A stretch of DNA of 64,000 nt, from positions 47,740,001-47,804,000 of the forward strand of contig OZ024751.1 in NCBI GenBank assembly GCA_964016885.1, written 5' to 3'. Numbering within the stretch: position 1 is the stretch's first letter; every line of letters starts with the position of its first letter. A program made the translations under genes and the position numbers. The DNA comes from Eledone cirrhosa. Taxonomy: Eukaryota. Of the stretch, positions 1 to 14,000 are shown one piece after another. The notes below the pieces were generated by a model. It did not search any database, was not told where the DNA came from, and saw only the letters and a list, made by a program, of their open reading frames with translations.

Positions 1-204
1 GATATTCTAACTATATTCTCATAATATCGGAGCTGCCATCTCTCAATTTGGAGAAGTAGCAGCTCTACTTGAAACAACTCGCTGATCTCCGAGCTACACA
101 CTCTAACGACTAATGTTACTCCAAAGACCGCTTGGAGGAACCCCATTTCAGCTGTTTGTATTCGCGATCGTATTCTTTCAGTCATTACCCAAGAATGACA
201 GAGA
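1..204 (-). mobile_element. RTE-clade LINE fragment (C-terminal RT region, decayed)
   Basis: Minus-strand translation SWVMTERIRSRIQTAEMGFLQAVFGVTL...LLLQIERWQLRYY resembles the RTE ORF C-terminus. Homologous to 46430-46615. Confidence 0.75.
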
Positions 205-783
205 GAATAGGAAAAAAAGGAAGACACACACACATATATATATATATATAAATTAATAAAATAATGAATAAACAAAGAAACAGTTCCTTATATTAAAAAA
301 TTCATCATTTTAAGATCGTTTCTAGGATATATATGTGTTAGAGTTGGTATGCATATTCTATAGATCTATGTACAATATTTATACAAACTATCAGAGGGAA
401 TATACATACCTACACATATATATGCTGTCTTCAGAAATAATGATATTTGTTTATTGCACTTGACTCTGTTTTCCGTTTATTTTTCACCGAAAGTAGTTTT
501 TGAATGCATCTTCTCTTTTCATGATATCCGAATTACATTGAGTTCTTCATACGGATTGGACACTACCGTAAACTTTTGGTAGATTTATCTACATATATAT
601 ATATATATATATATAAGGTAGAACCCTGGAAGGTAATATACGTAGTAGTAGAACACTCAGTCCATGGGACGAGTTTGGTAGAAGTAGTAAAACAACAGTT
701 AATTGACCATACCGAACTCGGTATGGTGAATTAACATTTGTACTGCATCTTCGCTTCCACGTTGTTTTTTGTTTACTGTCGCA

Positions 784-864
<81 letters not shown>

Positions 865-1081
865 TAGCTATCAATAAATATATATATATATATATATAGT
901 TAGAGAAGCAAAAAATTGCTTATTGTGATCCAGTTTTTGGTTAAGAAAGCCAGTTTCATGGATGGTTTCAACGTACGGTTAGGGGTAACTCCACAAGTTT
1001 GTAAGAATTCCGTTCAATCTTGGAGTATAAAGTATAAAAGAGAAAACACAGGTAAGCATTAAGAGAAGGATTTTATCCAGG

Positions 1082-1183
1082 TATTTACGACCGTTTCATT
1101 GGTAAGTGCAACCTTATATTGCTATACTGCAAATAGCAGCCACTCAATTATAATTGTTGTTCACAGACCAAATTTTCAAAATA
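1082..1183 (-). ncRNA. Type I hammerhead ribozyme, U3:A8 core variant, long helix II insert
   Basis: Minus strand: tatt-TTGAAAA-t-ttggt...accaa-t-GAAA-cggtcg-TA-aata. Helix I tatt/aata, helix II ttggt/accaa. Confidence 0.6.
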
Positions 1184-2802
1184 GTAAGTTACTCTTGAAA
1201 TAATTCTTAATATATAGAGAAAAACATTTATTTGGAATTGTATTTACTAGTATAGAGAGAGAGGAATCAGGAGGTGAGGGGACAGACGGAATAGTATATA
1301 GAGAGAGAGGAAGGGAGAAGAGGTAGGAAGTAGAATGACAAACTGAGATGGATGGAGGGGTAGAGGTGGAAGGATTCCTTGGTCAGTTTTTATAGCAGAC
1401 TTCATGTCGTGGAATGTAGTGAGTTAAAGAGAATTAAATTGATCATAGTGGGAGGGATGGATAGAGAGGGAGAGAGGGGGGGGGGCGATATAAAGAGATA
1501 AATATATATATATATAAATTTTAGTACAGCATTGACGAAACTCTAGTATACGGCCAAGCTAGCGTGTATGCATATTCGGTCTGTAGCTTTTGCACTCAGA
1601 TGAGGTAAGACCCCAGAGTAATAACATTACGTTCAGAAAAGCTTAGCAAATCAGATATAGCAGTCGGCAGTCCGACCGCATTACCAGAGCAACGAAAATA
1701 CAGGACCCAGAAAAAGATTTTATACTGACCTGGACATAACGCTGAGGCTGAGTGTAAATTATACAACCCACATGGTGTATTCACAATATAGATTGTAATA
1801 TCGCACGCAACATCAACGCTAAGTTTCTGCTAATCCATGATCGACAAATTCCTATTGCAGGAGTCTGCAATATAATGGTTTTTGACGACAGAACATAGGA
1901 TCTACTTCTTCAGCAAGTCTTTCGTTCTTAGCCAAAGCGGGTATGTTGTAACTTTAAAGGTATCTTTATTTTTTATATATATATATCTCCCTTGGAGAAA
2001 ACCATGTGTCTGTGCCGACCTTTAAAGTTACAACATACCCGCTTTGGCTAAAACGAAAGACTTGCTGAAGAAGTAGATCCTATGTTCTGTCGTCAAAAAC
2101 CATTATATTGCAGACTCCCGCAATAGGAATTTGTCGATCATGGATTTGCAGAAACTTAGCGTTGATGTTGCGTGCGATATTACAATCTATATTGTGAATA
2201 CACCATGTGGGTTGTATAATTTACACTCAGCCTCAGCGTTATGTCCAGGTCAGTATAAAATCTTTTTCTGGGTCCTGTATTTTCGTTGCTCTGGTAATGC
2301 GGTCGGACTGCCGACTGCTATATCTGATTTGCTAAGCTTTTCTGAACGTAATGTTATTACTCTGGGGTCTTACCTCATCTGAGTGCTAAAGCTACAGACC
2401 GAATATGCATACACGCTAGCTTGGCCGTATACTAGAGTTTCGTCTATGCTGTACTAAAATTTATATATATATATATATATATTTATATCTTTATATTTCC
2501 CCACCCTCTCTCTCTCCCTGCCTATCCATCCCTCCCACTATGATCAATTTAATTCTCTTTAACTTACTACATTCCACGACATGAAGTCTGCTATAAAAAC
2601 TGACCAAGGAATCCTTCCACCTCTACCCCTCCCTCCATCTCAGTTTGTCATTCTACTTCCAACCTCTTCCTCCTTCCCCTCTCTCTATATACTATTCCGT
2701 CTGTCCCCTCACCTCCTGATTCCTCTCTCTCTATACTAGTAAATACAATTCCAAATAAATGTTTTTCTCTATATATTAAGAATTATTTCAAGAGTAACTT
2801 AC

Positions 2803-2904
2803 TATTTTGAAAATCTGGACTGTGAACAACAATTATAATTGAGTGACTGCTATTTGCAGTATAGCAATATAAGGTTGCACTTACCAATGAAACGGTCGTA
2901 AATA
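2803..2904 (+). ncRNA. Type I hammerhead ribozyme, U3:A8 variant (helix II partly decayed)
   Basis: tatt-TTGAAAA-tctgga...accaat-GAAA-cggtcg-TA-aata. Inverted copy of 1082-1183. Confidence 0.5.
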
Positions 2905-2948
2905 CCTGGATAAAATCCTTCTCTTAATGCTTACCTGTGTTTTCTCTT

Positions 2949-2995
<47 letters not shown>

Positions 2996-3599
2996 GAAAA
3001 TTTTAACAGGAACAAAACAGAGAGGCAGTACAACGAATGTTTATTAATTTCACGCTCTTGAGAGTGGGGTGGTCCCAATTCTACTCATATGTCTTTTGTG
3101 AAAAATTATGTAGACAGAAATTGTTTGGAAGAACGCGTCGGATAATGCCTAGTCCAGCCACATACACGTTTACGGGTCAAATAACTGAAACAATTGGAGG
3201 TCCATATCCCCCCTCTCACACTCACACACAGTTTTCACACACATATAATTCATATTCATACGTTATCACATATCTTTAATACAAGCTGTGTTTCTCCTCT
3301 CATTTCTTTTTTTACTCTCTGCCATTTACTATTGAGATTTCAGTAGAGATAGGTATTAACGTATGTAACATCCTATTACAACATATGGCAAACATCTACT
3401 TTCTTGCAAAGTATCAGCTACAGAACTATTAAAATCAGCTGTTAACACTTTCCAATCAATACACTGTTATTTTCTGTTCATGATTATTTTATACCATCTC
3501 TCCCCAGCCGCTCTTTCTGTGTGTGTGTGCGTATCTATCTATCTATCTATCTATTTTATTGTCCCCTTTTTTTGTTATATTTTATATTATTTTTATATA

Positions 3600-3748
3600 T
3601 TGTTATTGCCTCCTCCTTATTGAGGACGCCTTGTTTTGTAAACTCCCCCCATTGTACTTGTCCCACTTTTGATGTCCTGGTGGCAAATAAAAGAAACATA
3701 TCTATTTTATTGTCCCCTTCTTTTGTGCCCCTGTGGCTAATAAAGAAA

Positions 3749-3750
<2 letters not shown>
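3600..3750 (+). mobile_element. Tx1/L1-like LINE 3' UTR fragments
   Basis: gtccccttcttttgtgcccctgtggctaataaagaaacat matches the 3' end of the elements at 13405-13945 and 14001-14247. Confidence 0.55.
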
Positions 3751-3809
<59 letters not shown>

Positions 3810-3999
3810 TTGCATGTATACATATATATATATGTATATATAGATATATATATATGATGATGATGATGAAAATCATTTCGTTTGTAAATTTCTCCGAAGA
3901 CGTATATATTACTAAAGTCACATATAAATTATGGATATATTGCTTAAACAATAACAAGACACAATCATACAACTAACACCCTTGCTTCATTTGTATCAT

Positions 4000-4099
<100 letters not shown>

Positions 4100-4214
4100 G
4101 TTTATCCCGGGTTCAATCGGGGGTGACCACAGTAAGTGAGGTACTCAGTACATAGCAGAGGATAAATATTTAATATAGAAATAGCTTCTACAGGACTAGA
4201 ACTGTTTCATTCGG
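4100..4214 (-). mobile_element. PLE pLTR fragment with 3' half of an HHR
   Basis: Minus strand GAAA-cagttctagtcctg-TA-gaag. Same family as 8931-8981, 10280-10365 and 41882-41932. Confidence 0.6.
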
Positions 4215-4315
4215 ATATATATATATATATATATTTGTCCTTCACTATTTAGGGTTTAAAATATATATAACTATAAAAGGTTTTAGTATATACATAACCA
4301 TAAATAGTATCCTTA

Positions 4316-4365
<50 letters not shown>

Positions 4366-4422
4366 AACCAGTAAGACCCCGACGGCTGAGCTCAAGCCGT
4401 TTCGACGGCTAATTCTGGACAT

Positions 4423-4610
4423 GGTGGATTGGCAGTATCGGTAGAGGGTCGGACGCCATGCTTTCCAGCATAGTTACGTCCCTTTATGATCTGAGTTCAA
4501 AATCCCGCCGAGGTTGACTTTGCCTTTCATCCTTACGGGGTCGATAAAATAAAGTACCAGTAATGCACTGGGTAATTGCTGGCCTTGTGCCTAAAGTAGA
4601 AACAATTATT
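4423..4610 (+). mobile_element. tRNA-derived SINE (short subfamily)
   Basis: A-box-like TGGCAGTATCGG, B-box-like GAGTTCAAA, conserved core GCCTTTCATCCTTACGGGGTCGATAAAATAAAGTACCAG and tail AAAGTAGAAACAATT. Many copies in the window. Confidence 0.9.
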
Positions 4611-4685
4611 ACCCACTCTACTACCCCAAGTATTGAGTACTTTGGTGCGTTATGGTCCACCTGGTTCCTTACCACATTTCTTTCG

Positions 4686-4829
<144 letters not shown>

Positions 4830-4875
4830 AAATACTTGGAACTCTTTTAACCATCTTTTGATCTTATATTATAAA

Positions 4876-5066
4876 GGACGGTGGATTAGCAGTATCGGTA
4901 GAGGGTCGGACGCCATATTTGACGCATAGAGTTACGGCCCTTGCCATTCTGAGTTCAAACCCGCCGAGGTTAACTTTGCCTTTCATCCTTACGGGGTCGA
5001 TAAAATAAAGTACCAGTAATGCACTGGGTAATTGCTGGCCTTGTGCCAAAAAAGTAGAAACAATTA
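4876..5066 (+). mobile_element. tRNA-derived SINE
   Basis: Same consensus as 4423-4610. Confidence 0.9.
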
Positions 5067-5077
5067 TATATATATAT

Positions 5078-5111
<34 letters not shown>

Positions 5112-5114
5112 GTG

Positions 5115-5150
<36 letters not shown>

Positions 5151-5201
5151 TATGTATATGTATATATATATGTATATATATATGTATATATATATATATA
5201 T

Positions 5202-5247
<46 letters not shown>

Positions 5248-5904
5248 ACCAGTCTAGTACTGCCTTGATTCTCCCTCTATATCTCACTTCCTCTCTCTCT
5301 CTTTCTCTCTCTCTCTCTCTTCCTCTCTCTCTCTCACTTTCTGTCTTTCTCTGGAAGAAATCTGTTGTACTCAGGCCTGGAGAGGGAAGTTACCCAACCC
5401 TCTTGCTAAGGTTTAAATCTCGCCGAGACCAAATTTGTTTTTCCTTCTTTCGGTACGCCAATAAGTAAAATACGATTCTAGGGCGACGAATTGGGAGTGA
5501 ATTGTTAGATCATTAAACTAGATTCCTTGCGGGAACAGTCCACGCAATTTCAATTTCCATTTCAACGGCAACATTTGCGATGTCAATGGCGCCAAGCTAT
5601 ATCGGCAATTGTCTTTTTCTTTGACAACATGACGTGGACAGGGAAATGACGTGCACGAAAGCAAATGTTCATTTTCGTTTTCCATACAATTCCTTATTCT
5701 GAGCTGCTCTTTAGAGAGATGTAGATCCATATTAATCTCACGAGACACCTCAAGGTTCCAGAATATTCATTCAGGAAAGACCTCGTTAATACTCCCACAA
5801 CCAACATTTTTAACCATTCAAAATATCCAACACAGATTTTCTATTATTAGCCATTCTATTTTTTCAAGTTGTCCAAAAAGATTTATTGTCATAAAAAGCA
5901 CCTT

Positions 5905-6688
5905 TAGTCTCTTTTAGTACAACAAAATGCACATTTATAGTCTCTTTTAGTACAACAAAATGCACATTTATAGTCTCTTTTAGTACAACAAAATGCACAT
6001 TTATAGTAACTTTTAGTACAACAAAATGCACATTTATAGTAACTTTTAGTACAACAAAATGCATATTTATAGTAACTTTTAGTACAACAAAATGCACATT
6101 TATAGTAACTTTTAGTACAACAAAATGCACATTTATAGTCTCTTTTAGTACAACAAAATGCACATTTATAGTAACTTTTAGTACAACAAAATGCACATTT
6201 ATAGTAACTTTTAGTACAACAAAATGCACATTTATAGTAACTTTTAGTACAACAAAATGCACATTTATAGTAACTTTTAGTACAACAAAATGCACATTTA
6301 TAGTAACTTTTAGCACAACAAAATGCACATTTATAGTCTCTTTTAGTACAACAAAATGCACATTTATAGTAACTTTTAGTACAACAAAATGCACATTTAT
6401 AGTAACTTTTAGTACAAGATGCACATTTATAGTAACTTTTAGTACAACAAAATGCACATTTATAGTAACTTTTAGTACAACAAAATGCACATTTATAGTA
6501 ACTTTTAGTACAAGATGCACATTTATAGTAACTTTTAGTACAACAAAATGCACATTTATAGTAACTTTTAGTACAAGATGCACATTTATAGTAACTTTTA
6601 GTACAACAAAATGCACATTTATAGTAACTTTTAGCACAACAAAATGCACATTTATAGTCTCTTTTAGTACAACAAAATGCACATTTAT
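5905..6688. repeat. 33-bp minisatellite (~24 units, some 30-bp variants)
   Basis: Unit agtaacttttagtacaacaaaatgcacatttat. Confidence 0.95.
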
Positions 6689-6744
6689 AATAGTGATGGT
6701 GATAGTAACAGTAGCAACAGCAACAACAGCAGTAGTAGTAGTAA

Positions 6745-6789
<45 letters not shown>

Positions 6790-7440
6790 CAGTAGTAGTA
6801 GAAGTAGTGATAGTAGTAGTAGTGATGGTGATGATCGAGAGGTGAAATTTGAATCTCATGTAATTTGAATAATCAACTCGTCGTTTGTCATTCCGTGAAC
6901 AACTCTGCCCCACATCCTCCTATTTCACCAATTCCTCCTCTTCCAACACCTCCCCCTCCCCTTCCACCCCCTTCCACCACCTTTCCCCTTCCATCACCCC
7001 CTCCTCCTCCTCTAACACTGACCAAAACATGGGTAATTATTCAATACTCTTTGATATGGTATTATCATGGTGGCCACTCCGTCTCCTCTCTCTTTCTCTT
7101 CCTTCCTATATTTTCCCCATCTATCTATCTATCTATCTAGCTATCTATCTGTCTATCTATTTCGTTCTATATATATCTATCTGTCTGTCTGTCTATCTAT
7201 CCATCTATCTACCAATCAATCTATCTTGTTCCTTCTCCCCTCTCAATCTCTCTCTCTTTTCCCCTTTCTATCCAAAAATCCTTCTCTCTCTCACTCTCAC
7301 TCTCACTCTCTCTCTCTCTCACTCACTCTCACCCTAATTCTCTACTTTTCTGTTCAACAATCTCCATCTTTCTCCCTATCTATCCAACACTCCCCCTCTT
7401 TATCTTTCTCCCTATCTATCCAACAATCTCTCTCTCTCCC

Positions 7441-7517
<77 letters not shown>

Positions 7518-8294
7518 CTTCGTAAATTTTTCCTTATATAATTCGTTCTTTTATTGTTCCTTTTACTTTCATCTTTTCTTTCTTTCTCTTCATTCTTTTT
7601 CTATTTACTTCTTCCCTTCTTTCTCTCACTTTCTTCTATTATTCTTCCTTTATTTCCCCATTTGTCTTTGCTCTCTCTCTTTTCCCCTTCATTATTTTGT
7701 TTTCCCATTCATTCCATCTATCTTTCCTTCTTTCCTCTCTGTCTCTCTCTTTGTCTTTATCACTTTATTTGCTTTCCTTCCTGCTGGTGTCGAGGGAGGA
7801 AGCTAATTTTTGACAGTACCATCCATTACAAAATTAAATTAGCCACAAAATTATCAATATTAAACTCTAGAGACACGAAAGAGTCATTGCATGCTAGAAA
7901 TAGCAGCGTGACATTGCTTAAATCGCAACCTATCATTTAAAAAAGAAATGGCAGCGACATATTGGAAGATATAATCTGTGATACATTATTACGAACAAAG
8001 ATAAGGTGAGAATTGATATGTATATATACGAAGAAAGATAAGCTTCGTGTCCAGTTTTATTGGCTGGTTTGCCACTTTCTCTATCCAAATGGAAGGGAAA
8101 AGTAGTGGCTGTGTTGAGAGAGGTGAAAGAAAGAAAAAGAAAAAGAAAGTATTATAAAGAGAGATAGATTAGATAGGTAAATATATAGGTCTGGAGAGTG
8201 GGGGAAGAGAGAAATCGGATCGAGACACCATTTTTATCAAGAACACAGTGAGCCACGCGGGCCAGGAATAGTGGTGATTCCATGATAGATGTAA

Positions 8295-8390
8295 GGTGGT
8301 TGGCGTTAGGAAGGATATCCAGCCGTAGAAAGCATGACATCAAACCCATGCTACAGACATAAAATGATGATGATGATTATGATCATGATG
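8295..8390 (+). mobile_element. Fragment of a second SINE family with (GAT)n tail
   Basis: tggttggcgttaggaagg...atccagccgtagaaa...aacccatg...aaatgatgatgatg resembles a widespread mollusc/octopus SINE 3' half (recalled, not searched). Confidence 0.5.
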
Positions 8391-8694
8391 ATACATAATA
8401 CATACAATAACATACAATAAACAACAAATAACAGAAAGTATTGATTAAAAAGCAGCTGGTTTCAGTGACCTTGTGTTGATATTGGGAATAATGAAGAAAC
8501 TTTTAGCCATATGTTGTAATCCGTTGGTACACACATTAATACTTATCTATATTGATATCTCAACAGTTAATAGTCACTGGAAGAGAATTAAATACACAAA
8601 TCAGTCAATGCAAATAAACAGACAATACAGAACAGTATAACAATAATTAGGGTGTAAAATATGTGCGCACGCGCATAACCACACCCTCACACAC

Positions 8695-8738
<44 letters not shown>

Positions 8739-8793
8739 ATTTAAAACTGCACTATCCACAAGTGTTTTTTAGCCTTCATATCATGTTCTCCTG

Positions 8794-8860
8794 TTTTATC
8801 TGATGAAAACACAAATATTATTGCTTGATGATGTTTGTTTTTGAAATGCGCATAATAAAA
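8794..8860 (+). ncRNA. Type I hammerhead ribozyme (PLE pLTR)
   Basis: ttttat-CTGATGA-aaacacaaatatt...gatgtttgttttt-GAAA-tgcgca-TA-ataaaa. Palindromic helix III. Family also at 24317 and, with an internal deletion, at 33297. Confidence 0.85.
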
Positions 8861-8930
8861 TATATGGAACTCCTTTAACCATCTTTTGATCTTATATTAT
8901 ATATATATATATATAGTTTTAATATAGATG

Positions 8931-8981
8931 AGATTCTACAGGACTAGAACTGTTTCATTCTTTAGAAATCATCAGGAATCT
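8931..8981 (-). ncRNA. Type I hammerhead ribozyme (PLE pLTR)
   Basis: Minus strand: agattc-CTGATGA-tttctaaagaat-GAAA-cag ttctagtc ctg-TA-gaatct. Confidence 0.85.
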
Positions 8982-9629
8982 GGGTATCAAAAAATAAGTA
9001 TGGTATTTATAGGTCTCTACAAGTGGTAGGAGAGGGTGGGGAGTGGGATGGGTGTAGGTCATTGGTTGATAGAAAAGGGAATTCATTAAAAGCTAATTCT
9101 ACAAAGCTATAGTTTATTTTTATTTTTATTTTTATTTATTTTTGTTTTTAGAGTAACAAAGGCAGACAGAATTCTATAAACAGGTTCAGGATGGCGTGCC
9201 ACTCCTTATTATTAAGTTTCTCTTAAGCTAACAGGTGTCTATAAGATCAGTGGGGGGTCAGTCATGGTAGATAGATTTAAAGGAAAGGGAGATTCTTTAA
9301 TAGCTAAATTCATTAAGGTTCTACTAAGTGACAAAGGTTTAGAGAATTCTGTAGATAAATTCAAAATATTGAGTGCATATCTTACAATTATCTTCAAATT
9401 TCTCTTAAACTATTCAACTATATGCCAAAAATCAACAGACACATTCACAAAACACACTCACTCACACACTCGCTCGCACCCATAAACACACATACACATA
9501 TACACACATATACACACACACACATATAAATATATTTATATATATATATACATATATACATATACATACACACACATACATACACACATATATATGTATA
9601 TATATATACATACATATACATACACACAC

Positions 9630-9662
<33 letters not shown>

Positions 9663-9826
9663 TATACACATATATAAGGAAAAATTGAATGGGAACAAAA
9701 CAGAGGGGCAGAACAAACAAATGTTTATTAATTTCACGCTCTTGAGAGTGGGGTCACACATACACACACATATATATATACACATACATACACCATACAT
9801 ACATATATTTATATATATATATATAC

Positions 9827-9897
<71 letters not shown>

Positions 9898-9924
9898 TAT
9901 ACATATATATATATATACATACAC

Positions 9925-9991
<67 letters not shown>

Positions 9992-10032
9992 TATACATAT
10001 ATATATATATACATACACATACATATACACAC

Positions 10033-10105
<73 letters not shown>

Positions 10106-10215
10106 CACACATACATAAATAAATACATACATACACATACATATACACATATACACATATATATATATATATATATACACACATACACACATACACACAC
10201 ATATACGCACACACA

Positions 10216-10257
<42 letters not shown>

Positions 10258-10361
10258 CACACACATATATATACACTCTCATCTATATTAAAACTTTTAT
10301 ACTCTGCAATGTATTGAGTACCTTACTTACTGTGGTTACCTCCGATTCAACCCGGAATAAC

Positions 10362-10459
<98 letters not shown>

Positions 10460-10483
10460 CATATAAACATATATATATACATG

Positions 10484-11092
10484 TCAGGTCACCAGTTGGT
10501 GCTACTGGTAACATGTATCCCAGTACAACCTGTCCCATGGTCGGGTCGTTGGCGACTAAACTGGCAACCCCACAAAGGTTTCTTGGTGAGGAGGGTGACT
10601 TTGGATATCCTGGAGGACTAAAAACAAAACCTGTCAAAGGGCAAAAGAGCTCTTAAGAGTCAATGGCCATCCACAATCACCGGGAGAGATGACCCCTTAG
10701 CCTTTGTCAAGGCAGAATTCTAGAAGGAAAACTCTGATATAACACCTGCAACCCTGATGGTATCCAATGATGTTGACTTGTTCTTCTTTTTGGTAAATAT
10801 CATCTTGGTTAAGAGAGTGGGACTGGCTTTGTGCAGTGCCTTTGCTCACTATAAAAGCTTCACGGCACAGGAATTGCTTTATATCTGGAGATCTCTCTGC
10901 ACTTGTCGTCACATGGTACCATGGGCCCAGCACTATGTGTCAATAATTGTCACAAGTGTAGTGTTAGTACCAGAGTTTTCAAGTCGCTGGCTGGACTAAA
11001 AAGTCACACTCGTTCAGCGCATCGGTAGGGGTTCTCCTACATGGATATAAAGGAGTGGCTGTATTCGAAAACAAGTTGGCAGCCACCACCAT
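10484..11092 (+). mobile_element. Internally deleted, non-autonomous RTE-derived element
   Basis: Structured 5' UTR-like head, then a C-terminal C2H2-like remnant CSVSTRVFKSLAGLKSHTRSAH* and a short 3' end gcagccaccacc. Inserted in (TA)n. Confidence 0.55.
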
Positions 11093-11121
11093 ATATACAT
11101 ATACATATAAACATATATATA

Positions 11122-11703
11122 TGTAGTTTTGCGAGGTTTTTCATATGAAATTGTGCGTCGAAACAAATATTGTTATACTTGGGGAGGGTCATATTGTTGC
11201 AATAATATTGCCAGAATTAATAAATAAATAAATAAATAAATAAATACATACATAAGCACAATAACAACAAACACATATAAACACACACTAGTAAACTAAG
11301 AGAGAATACAATAACCAAAACACAGTCACCCACACACGAACACATATCAAACACTATACACACACGCAAACGCATGCGCAGAGAAGAAGACAAAAATAAA
11401 TAAATAAATAAATAAATAAAGATGGCGTTGACATACAATACAACAGAAGGAAACATAATAGCACCACTGACGATGTTGCAGATGTGCAACGAAATAACTT
11501 TGTTAGACTATATATATGTGTTTGTGTCTATATTATATCTGTATTTTTGACCGTTGGTCAGTCAATGGTAAACATTGAGGACCGAATAAATTAGCTGATA
11601 TAAAAGATACAGAAGCGAAAACCAACCAAACAATGAATGTGTTCTGTTATTAATTCTGGCAATATTTTTACAACAATATGACCCTCCCCAAGTATAACAA
11701 TAT
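11122..11703. mobile_element. Diverged foldback pLTR element with decayed HHR (11462-11505)
   Basis: Inverted ends atattgttatacttggggagggtcatattgttg / caacaatatgaccctccccaagtataacaatat. Internal CTGACGA-tgttgca gatg tgcaac-GAAA. Related to 61833-62412. Confidence 0.6.
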
Positions 11704-11770
11704 ATATATATATACATATAAACATATATAAACACAATTTCTTTTTCTTTCAACTCCGAACTGCTACTAT

Positions 11771-11953
11771 AATAATTGTTTCTACTTTTGGCACTCGGCC
11801 AGTAATTATCCCAGTGTATTACTGGTACATTATTTTATCGACCCCGTAAGGATGAAAGGTAAATTTAACCTCGGTGGGATTTGAACTCAGACCGTAAAGG
11901 GCCGTAATACTATGCATCAAAGTATGGCGTCCGACCCTCTACCGATACTGCCA
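11771..11953 (-). mobile_element. tRNA-derived SINE
   Basis: Reverse complement of the SINE consensus. Confidence 0.9.
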
Positions 11954-12181
11954 GAATACTCATTCTCTCGTCTGTCATTACTAAGTGGGGTCGATAAAGA
12001 AAGTAACAGCCCAACACTGGTACAATCTACCCTACAACTGTCAGGCCCTGGGTCGTCCACTGGCTCCTCAAAGGTGAGAGGACCGTGAGAGTGTCTTTGT
12101 CTGATAGAGAAAGCATGGTACAGATTACAAAGTCTTAATCGATTGCGAGTGGCGGCTGTAGTAGTAGTAATAACTACATAC

Positions 12182-12250
<69 letters not shown>

Positions 12251-12303
12251 TGGGTGTGCGCGCGTGTGCGTTTTCTTGTGTACGTATGCATGCATATACA
12301 CAT

Positions 12304-12353
<50 letters not shown>

Positions 12354-13404
12354 CATATAGACACACATATATGCATATACACATATATGCATGTACGCAT
12401 ATATGCATATACACATATATACATATACACACACATATACATACACACACATATACATATATATACATATATACACACACACACACATATATATATATGC
12501 ATGCATACATATACATATATACATATATACATATGCACATATACATATGCACACGCACACACAAACGTATATATATATATATATAATCACACACATATAT
12601 ATGTATATATAATCACACACAGGGAAACACATCCTATACACCTCTCAAGCCCAACACAGAGACAAGCACATACACACATACATACATACACGTACATACA
12701 CATATATACACATCCATACACATTTATACATTTGGCCGCAATGACTTCACAGAGATTTAAATGGCAGACTGACAATCTATGTTATATCTTCTTTCAACAG
12801 GAGTTGAAATTAGTTTTTAGTCTTCAAACAGGATTACCTCCCTTATCTACCCTCTCTTTCTTCTCCTTTTTCTTCTTTTTCTCACCTATGGTGTCCTCTT
12901 TCTCATTCAATTGAAATCTCGTATAGAAAACGAGAGCTACATTTTCTTGTCTCTCACCTTGCATAAAACTGTCCTTCGGGTCATCGAAACCGATGACTTT
13001 CTTCTAACCTGCGCCAGAATGGATTTTATTTCATCTCACAGCACTGCTCCACCGCACGCAAACACACACACACACACACGCACACATATGTACATACTCA
13101 CATACACACACACACACACACGCACACATATGTACATACTCACATACACACACACATACACACTCACACAGACACAAATTTACATACATGCATATACACA
13201 TGTATACATGCACGCAAAAATACATACATGTATATATACACACACCAACATCTAGCAGAGTGACAAAGGGAAGAAAGTTGAAAGGGAGAAAGATAAAGAT
13301 CTATAAGAGAGAGAGAGAGAGAGAGAGAGAGGGGAGAAGAGGAGGAGGAAGAGAAAAAAGAATATAAAGTGATAAAGGTGGAATAATAATAAGAATTTGA
13401 AAGA

Positions 13405-13945
13405 TAAATTTCTTTATTAGCCACAAGGGCACAAAAGAAGGGGACAAATACAAATGGGGAGTTTACATACAGGTATATGAAAATAAAACTATTAATAAAA
13501 TAACAAGTAACAATTGATATCCCCAATAGGGGGGAGGCGTTACACAGGGGTTGTACACACCCCGAAAAAATGTACAACCCTCATCTCCAGGAGCACCAAG
13601 AGTGAGTACTCCCTTCCTCTCTTCCTCTTTTTCCTCAACCTACAGGCTCATACTCGGGCCATCTTTGCCACATTCACCCACCTTTTATAAAGTTTGCTGG
13701 GGTACAGCTCCTCTCTCTCCATCCTGATTCTTCTTCCAAAATGATATTTGAAAAAACGAATCAGTTGTTCGCCGGAGAGAAAGTGTCTGACCTCAGCCCT
13801 TTTAACCTCGTCCACCATATAACCTCTTTCACCATAGCCATAACACATAGGAAAACCGCCTCTCCCTCGTTTTTGAAGGAGGGTGGCGGTTTGATCATGA
13901 CAATGGACTCGGTGGTCAACTGGATTGGTCCCACCCGCGACAAAG
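13405..13945 (-). mobile_element. Tx1/L1-like LINE 3' end (ORF2 C-terminus + 3' UTR)
   Basis: Translation ...LCVMAMVKEVIWWTRLKG...FFKYHFGRRIRMERE...KRWVNVA*. The 3' UTR ends in AATAAA, and the element abuts (GATA)n. Confidence 0.6.
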
Positions 13946-14000
13946 ATAGATAGATAGATAGATTAGATAGTAGGTAGGTAGGTAGATATGGAGATAGATA

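Larger units (their letters stand above)
905..2953. mobile_element. Non-coding PLE pseudo-LTR-like foldback element, ~930-bp inverted arms (1033-1961 / 2018-2953)
   Basis: Arms are reverse complements with scattered mismatches around a 56-bp spacer. Each arm carries an HHR near its outer end. Both flanks are (TA)n. Confidence 0.85.

Noticed and set aside
2060-2160. CTGAAGA in the large inverted repeat
   Set aside because: No matching helix II/GAAA/helix I partner could be paired.
1596-2382. Twin 62/83-aa ORFs with identical sequence
   Set aside because: A consequence of the inverted duplication. No recognisable motif.
3036-3145. Minus-strand GAAA-ttaa-TA half motif (also 9720-9745)
   Set aside because: Core incomplete (CCGACG without A9) and helix I unpaired. 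At most a decayed remnant, so not called.
4423-4510. A/B boxes as a tRNA gene
   Set aside because: No cloverleaf. This is the head of a multi-copy SINE.
5864-6913. 349-aa ORF with VVLKVTINVHF repeats
   Set aside because: Stop-free frame of a 33-bp minisatellite plus (TAG)n. No evidence of coding function.
12750-13050. Unique sequence with GTGAGA donor-like sites as possible exons
   Set aside because: No convincing acceptor/ORF combination or protein similarity visible.
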